Assembly (NCBI GenBank): GCA_951406725.2
Contig: OX597815.1
Coordinates: 150,598,001-150,662,000 of the forward strand
Reading direction: 5' to 3'
Length of the DNA stretch: 64,000 nucleotides
Source of the DNA: Octopus vulgaris
Lineage: Eukaryota
The first letter of the stretch is position 1. Every line of letters starts with the position of its first letter. A program made the position numbers and the translations under genes. The notes below the pieces were generated by a model. The model was not told the origin of the DNA and searched no databases. It was given only the letters and a program-made list of their open reading frames with translations. This document shows positions 52,586-64,000 of the stretch, in pieces.

Positions 52586-53690
52586 TGTATGTATGTATTT
52601 ATGTATGTATAGTCAAGTCAGTGTGCAATTTCTTGGACATTTTATAAAGAGAAGGGTAGTCTTATAGCTCTTTCAGAGACATAAAAGATATTCCATCACC
52701 AGAGACGATGTAAGAGAGTTAAACAGGATGAAATAGTAGAGTTCAATATAAGAAGTTATATTGGAAAGGGAGAGATATAAGAAGTATGAAGGGAAATACG
52801 AAAATAAGAATATATGTTGGATGTTACAGTTGTAGTTTCATTATCCAAGGAAAGTGCTGTGTAGGATGGGGAAAGAGGCTTCTTGTCTATGGTATGTAAA
52901 TTCCGATAGGATTTCATATTTTGTTATCACAAATGCATAGTGTGGAGATATTAATTCCATGTGCTGTTCGTTCAAAGGGATCTTGTTGATCTGTATGTAT
53001 ATATGTAAGTGAGGGGACAAACGAATGTGTGTGGCCCTCAACACATTTGAAGAGTTACATGTTATTTAATAACAAATGGATTCGGCTCCATGCAACTTAA
53101 AGTTTCGTGGACCCGCAACACGAATGCTTTGATATACATGCGACCGAGTTCCCTGTAAAGATAAATAATCGCTTAAAACGATTTCAAGAGAAACATATGT
53201 AGAACAAAAGAAGAAAATCATTTCAAATTACTTTAGATAAAATTAATTAGGTATCACAATTAAGTAACTATACATTTAGTGATGTTTATCTTAATGAAAT
53301 AGCTGTCTGATAACGGTAAATATGTATATACATATGTGAATGTAAATTTAACATGTGTGTGTGTGTGTTTGTGAATTTAAATATATTTACATATATATGT
53401 GTGTGCGCGTGTGTGCTCATTATCGCAATATATTCTTTCTTCGTAGTTTTATTTCCCATACTTAGTCTTCTGGTGTGTTATCATGCACTGTCAGCCTAAC
53501 TGTTATCTATAGTATATACATCACCAAGGCCTTTGATTGTGGTTTGTTGATATCGAGCATATTATGAGGGTCACGCTGCCCTTCTACCTGTTTTGCATTA
53601 CTTGCTCACAAAATAGAGGGAATTGAGGTGTTGTATTGTGGTATGTCTGTTGCAGAAAACGTTTACAGCACTCTGACGATATACTGTCGC

Positions 53691-54080
53691 TATTCTTTTA
53701 TTCTTTTATATGTTTCAGTCATTTGACTGCGGCCATGCTGGTGCACCACCTTTAGTCGAACAAATCGACCCCAGGATGTATTGTTTGTAAGCCCAGTACT
53801 TATTCTATCGGTAACTTTTGCCGAACCGCTAAGTTACGGGACGTAAACACAGCATTTGTTGTCAAGCGATAGGGGGACAAAATACACACACACACACACA
53901 TATGTATATATATATACGACAAGCTTCTTTCAGTTTCCGTCTACCAAATCCACTCACAAGGCTTTGGTCGGCCCGAGGCTATAATAGAAGACACTTGCCA
54001 AAGGTATCACGCAGTGGGACTGAACCCGGAACCATGTGGTTGGTAAGCAAGCTACTTACCACACAGCTACTCCTGTGCCA
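53691..54080 (-). mobile_element. SINE family A, full length
   Basis: Well-conserved tail, body and head. Confidence 0.9.
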
Positions 54081-54584
54081 ATAGTAACTCCTCTGTTTAT
54101 GTGAATATTCTGTGTAACGATGACATATTTTTCTCATAAAGTAATTTGTTGTTTTTTTTGTTTTTATTCCATTAACATTAATTATTCTTTCATGATTTAT
54201 ATGACGCTTAAAATCACATACTTTACTGAAAGTTTGGTGAATGGGTGCTTCTAGTATTTGTGCAAAAGTTCCAGTGGGAAAAAATACCTTCATATATTTT
54301 AAAACACCTTTTTTTCATATACGTATTATACTTTGTATGTATTTCACTGCAATGTCTCATTTTGTAATATACCTAATTGGTAAATTTACTGGCTAAATCA
54401 TGCAGAAAATTCCTAAAAGGGATAAAATAGTGCTATACATGATTACCACAAGAGATTTTAAATAAACTTCAAGATAGATTATAGAATTTGATATATATGT
54501 GTGGAGAAGTGTTCGTGTATACTCTGTAAATTGTATGTGTGTTTCTGTGTGTGTGTGTGTACTCTATGTTAGTTCAAATTTATA

Positions 54585-54710
54585 GTAAAACAAAGACGAT
54601 GACAGGTGTTGGAACAACAAGCAAGTGTATTAGTCTGACGCTCGCGGAAAATGGAAAAGTCTTTTACGTTTCGAGCCTACGCTCTTCGACAGGAAAGAAT
54701 AAGAGGAAAT
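54585..54710 (-). mobile_element. Solo pLTR fragment of the 51540 PLE family with a hammerhead-like motif (54660-54698, core CUGUCGA)
   Basis: Homologous to 51538-51660. Confidence 0.75.
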
Positions 54711-55502
54711 TACTTGATTTGAATTCAAGCCTTCAATCTCGCCTCATTTTGGAAGAAAATAATATACCTTTCTTTGTAGCAATTGTCAAAGACCGCCACA
54801 CGTGAAAGTGTATAGTTCACTCAGAACTGTTGATTTGGTTTTAGCATTTTCTCTCTGTACTTTCTATTTTCGAATGTTCAATATTCATCATTCGACCGGA
54901 ATTTTATCCCTACAGCCAGAACAAAAACTGCAAGATATACATCCACATTTCTATATCTATTATTAGTATATACTTATCTATTTGCCGGACTACAAAGCCC
55001 AACTATAAAACTGATGCGATATATACTTTTCATTCGACTATCGTTTCGCTGGTAATCTCATCTCTTAATCTTCTTTTCTGTTGTATCTTGCATTACTTTA
55101 TCCAATATATTCCTCTATTTTAAGAAAAATAAGCTACAATGCGAAACAGATATTTGGCTGCTATATCTAGTCTATCGACCGGTTACGTGGATTGTCTTCC
55201 TCGCAAGCTAGTGCAAGTGTCAATATATATACCTATGGGTAATTATGATTTAGAGAACTCATAGAGTGATATTTCTTCTTTCGGTGAAGATGACAGTAAA
55301 GAATATGATGCTATGACGAATGATAAATATTACATAACTGCCATTTTAGAATCAATCTATGGGAAACTTAGCGAAAATATAAAATTATAAAATAACGGTA
55401 GATATTTTCCCCTTCGACGTCACCAGAAGTAATCATAGCGCACATATTTGACATGTAGATGATAGAACGGAAATTACAGAAAAATCAACCTTGGCGTCAA
55501 AA

Positions 55503-55582
<80 letters not shown>

Positions 55583-55916
55583 CATAAATGTATATATGAA
55601 TGTGTGTGCGCGCGTGTACAGTTGTGTGCACGCAGCAATAATTTTGTGTGTGTGTTAATTTAAATGTTTGACTACGTGTGTATGTGTATACAATGTGTGT
55701 GTGCGTATGTGTTTCTGTGTGTGTATGTGTGGTGTGTGTGTGTGTTTGTGCATGTGTATATATATATATATATATTTACGAGAATGCATGGTAGTATATA
55801 GGCAATAAGGCTGAGAACTTTCGAGTATACTGAAATAGAAAAATTTTGAAATCGAATTTTGAGAGAAGCTTAAATAGCACCGAACGTCAACAAATCAAAA
55901 GTAAATACGTAGTGAA

Positions 55917-55964
<48 letters not shown>

Positions 55965-56155
55965 CAGAAGAGAAGAAGTCTAAGCAAAATATTCTAAAAC
56001 GTATTCCATCTCAACTCTTGGCTTCAAATATTCAGTTGTTTTATAAAGAATTTTCAAAATACTTGGAAAATATGAGAGTAAATGTTATTGTAAGCAAAAA
56101 TAATAAGCTGACTTTAATATCAGAGATGAAATGCATACAAATCATACATACATAC

Positions 56156-56239
<84 letters not shown>

Positions 56240-57064
56240 GTATGTATGAATGTATGTATGTATATGTGTGTATATATATGTATATAGGAATATATTTTAA
56301 GACAGATGGAAATACAACAAAAATATTTACAAGAGAATGCGGAATTAGAGTAGAAAACGAAATCCAAAGCAAAACAAACAGGAAAGAGAGAAAAGTGGTG
56401 ACGCAATGATATGTATTATTATTCTGTTTTGAAAACAAATGTATTGCTTTATCAATGCGTTTTAAAAGAATTAGAATTCTCTGATGAACAAACGTATACG
56501 ATAAGAATAATTCTTAACTGATATTCTCTTTTGCTTTTTTAACCAATTTTTTTCTCTATTGTTTATGAATGTGGGTATATGATAAGAACTTGAAATTTCT
56601 TTTCTCTTAGTGCTTTTCTTTCTATTTTTATGTTTATTATATATTTTATTTCTTTTTGTTATCTCCTAATGATTTATGTGTTATAATATAATAATGGTAT
56701 ACGATGTTTGATGTGGAATTCTTTTGATTTTTTTTACTAGGCTACACAAAGGTTCTGCATTTTAAAAGAAGGAGAAATAATAATAGAAAAAAGAATGTGT
56801 TTGTCTTCTTTTCTCTCACAAATGATTTAGCGTGGAGAATGGAGAAAGGAAGTGACAACACATGTGAAACTGTGTTGCACTCCCGAATGATTCAGTAGCT
56901 AAATCCTGGCGTTGAAGTATTCACTACATTCGTACATGGCGCACATTTTCAAAAAAAATTGTTTCAAAAATAACTCTGACTTCTCTATGTCTATATGGGA
57001 AATTGAGTTCCTTTAAGATTTAATGCACACAAAAAAAATGATAATATTTCTGACTTTGCACTGC

Positions 57065-57121
57065 TGAAATTGGAGTCCGTCTTATATGCCCGTGCACCCT
57101 TTATGACCCCCAAATACGGTG
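57065..57121. mobile_element. Possible pogo/Tigger-type terminal fragment
   Basis: GTCTTATATGCCCG...AAATACGGT resembles a pogo-type right TIR. Confidence 0.3.
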
Positions 57122-58659
57122 CATTATTCTGTGGTTAAAATAATGCCAGTAATAAACTAGGTGTTTGATTCGATCGATATTTTGTTAGTTGAAACTATCA
57201 GCAACTTTTTTTCATCCTTCCTCAAAATGGCATGTCGAAGTAAATTGATCTGAATACAAAATTCATAATGATGGCTGCATGAATGAGAGAACGGAAAGAA
57301 ATGGGCCAAAATGGCCCAAAAGGAACCTGAACCTTCCTTAGCAGCATCATTGATTCACAACACAGATAATTAGAGAGTAATGTCGGTAAGTGACGAAATG
57401 TGACTTCCTGTCAACAGCTGTTTAGAGGAAAGTTCCACACTTCGAACTCCATGCAATATTACATAAAAAACATGATTTTAATATTGTGGTTCACATAAGG
57501 ATAAGTGGGGTGGGGGAGAAGTTTGACTTCCGATAGACTGATGTTAGGAATTTAAAACAAACAAAACCCACAAACTGACAAGGTTCTTTCCTTTAAGTCA
57601 AAACATCTGTTGGGATTTGTAGGTATCCGAATCGGTTGATATGTGCGAGTACTAATTACGCACTACGTCATTAATAGTTAACATAGTCTTTTAAAATTCT
57701 TCGTGATGGAACCGCTTGTCTGATAGAATATGTAAGTGTTAATACTTGTAATTTTATTATCTATTAAACAGTCTTAATCAGCTTTAAACATAGCAAGGTT
57801 TTATAATAATAGTTAATTACTAGTACTTTTATTAGCTCCCTTTTAATAAAATAAATGTTTCATTTAGTTACTGGTTATTTAAAATTTTAAACTGTAATTG
57901 TGATATATTAATAAGGATGTCGTGTTTATTTATTAATTTTTGAATGATGAAATAATGTATTTCACTCATTATTTATATATTATTAGTTAAATTAAATTCA
58001 GTCGTGTTTGTTTTGTTTTGGAGAGATTTATATAAAGCTTTACCTTTTTTTATAATTATAGTAACTATGGAAGACTGGTGGGATTATTATATGTATTGTC
58101 TAAAGATTAGTCGCGATTTAGCATATAATTTCGTTATTGCAGGTTTACTATTAATACTAATACCATGTACATTGGTTTATGTGCTTCTTTGTTGTAGTTT
58201 TATTAAAGATAGTGCTTAATCCTGCCTATAATTTGATTGATTGAATGAATGTGGTTATTAGCTTTCATTTTTTTTTTTATACTATGGAAGATGGTAGGGA
58301 ATATAATTGTTGTATGACTTAATAGATTGGTCACTGTTTTGTTACGTATTTTTGAGTTTGCTGTAATTCACTTATTGAATTTATTTACCGATACGGGTGT
58401 ACATAGGGTAAATGTGTTTGAAAGTTGCAATTTATTTGTTATAGTTGCTCCCAAACATATATTTTAGTGCTGTTGACACCGCCGGATTGAATGGTAATAC
58501 GCAGGTGTCGAAACCATAATGTTATCCGTGGGGCAGCTGATGATGGAGGCATGTTGGATTATTGGTATGGCTGTTTTTGTATATGTGGAATAGTATTATT
58601 GGATTGTTGGTATGGCTGTGGAATAGTATTATAACACATCTTTTTGATATATATATATA

Positions 58660-58787
58660 TACAACGGGCTTCTTTCAATTTCCTTCTACCAAATCCACGC
58701 ACATGACTTTGGTCGGCCCGAGGCTATATTAGAAGACATTTGCCCAAGGTTCTACGAAGTGGGACTGAAACCGGAACCATGTGGTTC
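58660..58787 (-). mobile_element. SINE family A, 5' part
   Basis: acaacgggcttctttc...gggactgaaaccggaaccatgtggtt. Confidence 0.8.
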
Positions 58788-60119
58788 ATTGCCTTTGTAT
58801 ATAGGATAATACGACATTTTCCTCATTTACCTCAGTTTGTTTGTTTGGTATTTATTAGGAGTTAAATACCTCTATAAAATCCAGTCTACGAAGAGAACTT
58901 ACAGCAAATAGTTAAATCAAACACACACAACTTCACAGTAATGGCTAGAAGTTTTGCATGTCTCGGGACTATTGGCCGGGTGATAGAGTATTTTATGGAT
59001 ATTTATGCAGAATATATACTGCATTTGAAAACTTAAGATAAATTTAATGATGTTACACTATAATTTTTAAGCGTTTTGATGTGGAATTTAAACAAATGAG
59101 AATGTATCATATTTCTCTCGTCATACGCCGAAACATGGACAAACAATCGCTGCTATTTCCCTGTTTTCTACAAAGAGAATAATAAGAGACTTTCATATCT
59201 GTTTAGTGGGTATTTTGGCGTCTGCGCAACCAAGTGTCACACTATACACCCAAACCATATTGACGACATTGAGAAATTATATCAGTACTAGTAAGAAAAA
59301 AAATGTACCCCCACTAAGTGGAGTATTTGCCCTCAGCAATATAAGGCCAGAGTGCATTCTATGACTGATTACTGCCTTTCAAAATAGTAACAACCCATCC
59401 GTCTGCTCTATACTTTTATATAAGCATGTATAGCCTGCTTTTAAACCCTACGTTTAATCTCATGTCTCTGCATGCGTGTGTGTAGCGGAGGTGTACCATA
59501 TATAGAGATATAAATTAGCATAATATAAATTAGCATTTATCTTATTGTTTTCCTTTTGTTTTTCTCCCCAATTCAATTCAAAAATTTCATTCTTCGTTTA
59601 TTTTAGTTTCTAAATGTTATCTAAACAATACTTTTTTTCCGCATTTCCCGTCATTTATCAAAATATGTATATGCGAATTCAACGCTATTATTGCATTTGG
59701 AAATCTCGAAAGAATTAATCGTTTTCACAAAAAAAATGTTCCACGTTTAGCTATCTTCACCTTATTTCATAGTTCATAAAATTTGAATTTCTTCCAGAAT
59801 TTTCATGGGAATTCATTGTTTTATGTTTGTCTTTCGGATTTGGTTTTATTTATTGAAAAGGTGATATTTTTTCGATTTTATTTTTTCAAAAGTTCTTCGG
59901 ATGATGGAATCTGTTGCTGTTGTTGCTTTTAGATTATTATTTACTTTTTCGAATTATTAATTCAATAATTGAAAAGCGAAAAACGGCTGAATCAGAAATT
60001 CAGTTCAATGATCTCGTGTTCAAATCCACTTTAGCCGTACTTTATAAATCAGAAAAAGAAACTTAAACGTATGTGTCCAAGATTACCTACACTATTACAG
60101 TTTGATGTGAGGAGGAGGG

Positions 60120-60421
60120 GGTTGCACCTAGAAAGTTACCTTCCGAAGCACAAGTCCAAGCAAGGTTGTTTATGGAAGTCCAGCAGTCGTCCATCCATAC
60201 CACCCTCCCCTATCAACGCCACCAATGTTATCCAAGGGAAAGGCAAAGGGACTGATACAGCTTGGTACCAGTGACGTTACAACTCATTTCTACAGCTGAG
60301 TAAACTGGAGCAACGGGAAATAAAGTCTCTTGCTCAAGAACACAACACAGAACCCTGTCCAGCAATGGAACTTGCTACCTCATGATTGTGAACCAGACGC
60401 TCTAACCACTGAGCCATGCGC
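60120..60421 (-). mobile_element. tRNA/CORE-like SINE with an RTE-type 3' tail
   Basis: Head GCGCATGGCTCAGTGGTTAGAGCG; TCTTGAGCAAGAGACTTTATTTC. Confidence 0.7.
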
Positions 60422-60541
60422 ATTTACTACAGTTTGATGTAATATTTGACAAAATACACAATTCTTATATATTATATATCATATATAATATATAAGATAA
60501 TATATGCTATAATATGCCATGTAATACATATGTTATACTGT

Positions 60542-60925
60542 ATGGCATTGGTGTGAGTGTGTGGAAAAAATTTTGCTTCCCAACCACATGGTCCTTAGTT
60601 CAGTCCCGCTGTGAAGCACATTGGGGACGTGACTTTTAGTATAACCTCGAGTCGGCCAAAACTTGTGAGTGAATTTTTTGACGGAAACTGAAAGAAATCC
60701 ATCGTGGGTGTGCGTGTGCGCGCGCGCGTAACTGTCACAACCGCTCGACAATTGGTGTTGGTGTGTTTATGTCCCAGTAACTTAGCTGTTCGGCATAAAC
60801 GAAACAGAGAATAAAGTACCAGGTTTAACGTAGTAAGCACTGGAGTCGATTCGTCCGAAGGAAAATTCAAGGTGGTGCTCCAACATGGCCGCAGTGTAGC
60901 AATTGAAGCAAGTAAATGGTAAAGA
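60542..60925 (+). mobile_element. SINE family A, full length, degenerate
   Basis: Head, body and tail present. Confidence 0.8.
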
Positions 60926-60926
60926 T

Positions 60927-60967
<41 letters not shown>

Positions 60968-61214
60968 GGGGAGAGAGAGAGAGAGATAGATAGATGCATG
61001 TATACATAAGTAAATGTCAAACGATGAGAATGAGTGCTCAACACCTGGCTGTATATAAATATATATATATATATATACACATACCATACACAAACATACA
61101 CGCATATATACAACCGACTCCCACGTACATTCCGTCTACCAGTTTCACTGAATCAGATTCATGCTATGATAACTTTTTTTATTGGCCACACAGCGCTGAA
61201 CACAGAGGGGACAA

Positions 61215-61462
61215 ATACAAATGTAGAGCTTTTCGTTTCGAAAATGGAAAAGAAAAAGGAAAAAAGGGAACAAATGTAAAATTCCGATCAAAAGGGATCG
61301 GGAAAAAAAGCGATCAAAAGAGAACGTGTATCACAGAAAGACATTTTATAAAAAGTAAGAAACAAGATTAGGTTCATCCGTGGAAAGAAAAGCCTTCAGA
61401 AAAGACCACGGTAACCTCACGCAGGGAGAAAATAAACACATGAGAGCAAAGTGCTCTCTCTC

Positions 61463-61497
<35 letters not shown>

Positions 61498-62375
61498 ACG
61501 ATTTACAGGATCATGCTCAAAGTGGCTTCGTCGCCCGCACGCACAATCTTTGCTACATTCACCCACCTTTTTTGAAACTATCACGAGACAAAACCCATCT
61601 CTCCATTCTCACCTTCCTTTTCAAGTGATACTTGAAAAAGTTGATGAGCAAGTGGACAGAGAGGTAAGTGTTTGTCTCTAATCCCTACGCTCGTGTTCAC
61701 CATGCACATTCTTTAACCATGGCCACCAGTAAGATGAAGACTGCTCTGCCTTCCCGGTTGAGGGAAGGTGGCGGAGCAATACCAACGATAGACTCGGCCG
61801 ACAGGCGAACTCGACATGACACCAGCTGTTCGGCATAAGCCCACAGGTCCGAAATGTTTGGACACTGCACGAGTGCGTGTAGAACAGTTTCATTGCTCTG
61901 ACCGAATCTCGGGCTAGTTGGTCCGGTGTGTCTCGAACCGTGCCTGTAGAACTTATCCCGAAAAGGTAATGCTTCTAGATAGCACTGCCAGGCCAGGGAT
62001 CTTTGGTAATTGTCCATAGGTCCCGGCCCGAAAGTTGTCATGAACAGGCAGGTCAGGTGTTCCTCGTCGACGCCCAGATTCTGCCCGAGAACGTCGTCGC
62101 ACCTCCCCTCCACTAATCCTCTATAGAACGCTTTTGTTGTAATGAAGTCGCACAAGTGTTGTCCCGGACTGCAGATTTGCTTGAGAGCAACGTGACACTC
62201 GCGGTGCCATTCGTCTAGCCTCGGTCTCTGTTTGATCCACGACAGTAGTATCACTTGAAAAGGAAGGTGAGAATGGAGAGACGGGTTTTGTCTCGTATAT
62301 GAAGCGCCGGAGATGTCGCAGTCTCAGCGCATGTCTGCGCATCTTCAACCACGGCATGCCTAGCCCTCCATTTAT
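61215..62375 (-). mobile_element. L1-clade (Tx1-like) LINE 3' end: ORF2 C-terminus with decayed zinc knuckle, plus 3'UTR
   Basis: GGLGMPWL; RSLAWQCY.EALP.RDK.YRHG...PTSPRFGQSNETVLHALVQCP (decayed CxxC..ET..H...CP); VAMVKECAW. Confidence 0.85.
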
Positions 62376-62620
62376 GATAGAAAACACTTGCAAGTGATGG
62401 CGTCCGAAAGGTAGGCCTGAACTCGAGATCACATAGCAACGAAGCGAATTACTTAATTACACAGCAGCTTAAGCCGATCAAGTGTTGACCCATTTGAATA
62501 CCACATTATCCCCTCTTTCCCTCTCCCCACACTCTCTCTATTTCTGTATGTCTGTCTGTATCCCTCACTCTGGCCAACAAACCGAATTTTCAACAGACTA
62601 GGCCATATACGTATGTAAAT

Positions 62621-62674
<54 letters not shown>

Positions 62675-62709
62675 AAAAAGATGTGGAACACGAGTTGTGA
62701 TATATAAAA

Positions 62710-63180
62710 AAAGGAAATGAAGAAAATGCTGACAAAATAATTTAAGTAAGGGAGAGTATATTTAATTAGGTGAAAGTTCTTTTTACCGGTTACGCATTTG
62801 TTATACTTATCAAAAGATATTTTTTTAAGAGAGATAGAGTTCCTTTCTGATAGATTTTTTTCTCTTATCTGACTTTATGCTGGGTTTACTGTCTCTTATA
62901 TGTGAAAAAAGAGGCTCCAGAGTTGTTTAAGATTTGCTTGGTTTCGCGTCTAAAATTTCTTGTGGAGAATGGTCAATACAATTTTGATTGGTCATTATAA
63001 AGGGGTCACGTGAATGTTTGAATGGAAGTAGGTGTTGGGGTGAGAAAATAGGCTCCATATTAAAAAAAAATATCTTTTGATAAGCATAACAAATGCGCAA
63101 CCGGTAAAAAGAACTTTCACCTAATTAAATACACTCTCCTTTACTTAAATTATTTTGTCAGCATTTTCTTCATTTCCTTT
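62710..63180. mobile_element. (TA)n-flanked element with inverted repeats of about 120 bp (62710-62828 / 63060-63180), each carrying a U3-A8 hammerhead-like motif
   Basis: UCUU-UUGAUAA-GCAU-AACAA-AUGC-GCAACCGGU-A-AAAAGA at 63073-63112; position 13 is C in this copy and U in the other. Confidence 0.75.
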
Positions 63181-63231
<51 letters not shown>

Positions 63232-64000
63232 GTTATTTTTATTGTATTTTGTATTTTTATTTGTGTAACATCGTCTGTTTTTCCGTCCTTGTTTTCGTAT
63301 ACATTCGATGCATTCTTCCAGGGAATCTAATGCTCTTAGCTTAGTTTTTCCTTGGGGCTAGCCAGATTGGGGCAATCTCAAGATTAATCAGCCGAAATTG
63401 CGAAGATGATCCGGTTCTTGATTGAGGATAGAAAGCTTCGAATGACCCGTCCTTGTTTATTTGTATCGTCTATCTGGCTGTTTTGTTGTCCCTTTTTGTA
63501 TCACCTAGTTGTCCGGGTGTTTTGCGTTCTTGTCTCATTTTGTATTTGATATATATATATATAACGGCGTACGTACACTTTGTTCTCTTATATGTAAGCA
63601 CACATTTTACTAAATTTTGTACGATTCTATCAACCTTTCACACTTATTCGTTCATTCTACTCTTCGTTCTTTCCCCCTCTCTCACATTTCTTTGCCTTCT
63701 TTTCTTACTCACTTTTCACTTCACTATGTCCCTGTCATTTTTTTCTCACCCCTCCTTAATTCTTTTGTCCATCTGCTTCTACAACTCTCTCTCTTTTTCT
63801 CTCTCTTCTCTTCTCACGTGACCGATAGGCCAGACTGTTAGCCCTCTATTAGCGTCTGACCGTGGTCAGTGCAACATCGATATTCTTCCCTGTGTTTGTG
63901 AAAGTTTTATATCTCTGTCGTAAGGCTTCATTTCCACACACGCCAGCTGAATTCAATTCGTCCCCAATCGAAAGACACCTGTTGTTATGTCCTGTTATTA

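Noticed and set aside
50040-63960. CTGANGA-like words near 50047, 53672, 56481, 58489, 63421 and 63915
   Set aside because: GAAA or stems are missing or too degraded to call

Overview
AT-rich eukaryotic non-genic (intergenic or intronic) DNA. The tRNA-derived SINE families and very dense (TA)n/(CA)n microsatellites point to an Octopus or coleoid cephalopod genome (inference). I could not support any host protein-coding exon, and nearly all long ORFs in the track are microsatellite translations. The window is a transposon mosaic: a near full-length mariner, a TIR-bounded hAT(m)-like element, MITEs, Helitron-like ends, RTE/CR1/R4-Dong/L1-Tx1 LINE remnants, three modular SINE families, a 30-bp minisatellite, and many Penelope-like element (PLE) remnants whose terminal repeats lie between (TA)n tracts as inverted or tandem duplications. 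The most striking signal is more than 15 minimal type I hammerhead-ribozyme motifs in these terminal repeats. Their catalytic-core positions 3 and 8 co-vary through all four Watson-Crick pairs (C3-G8, G3-C8, U3-A8, A3-U8) plus U3-G8, and standard CUGANGA searches would miss the non-canonical ones. All alignments and folds were done by eye and no database was consulted.
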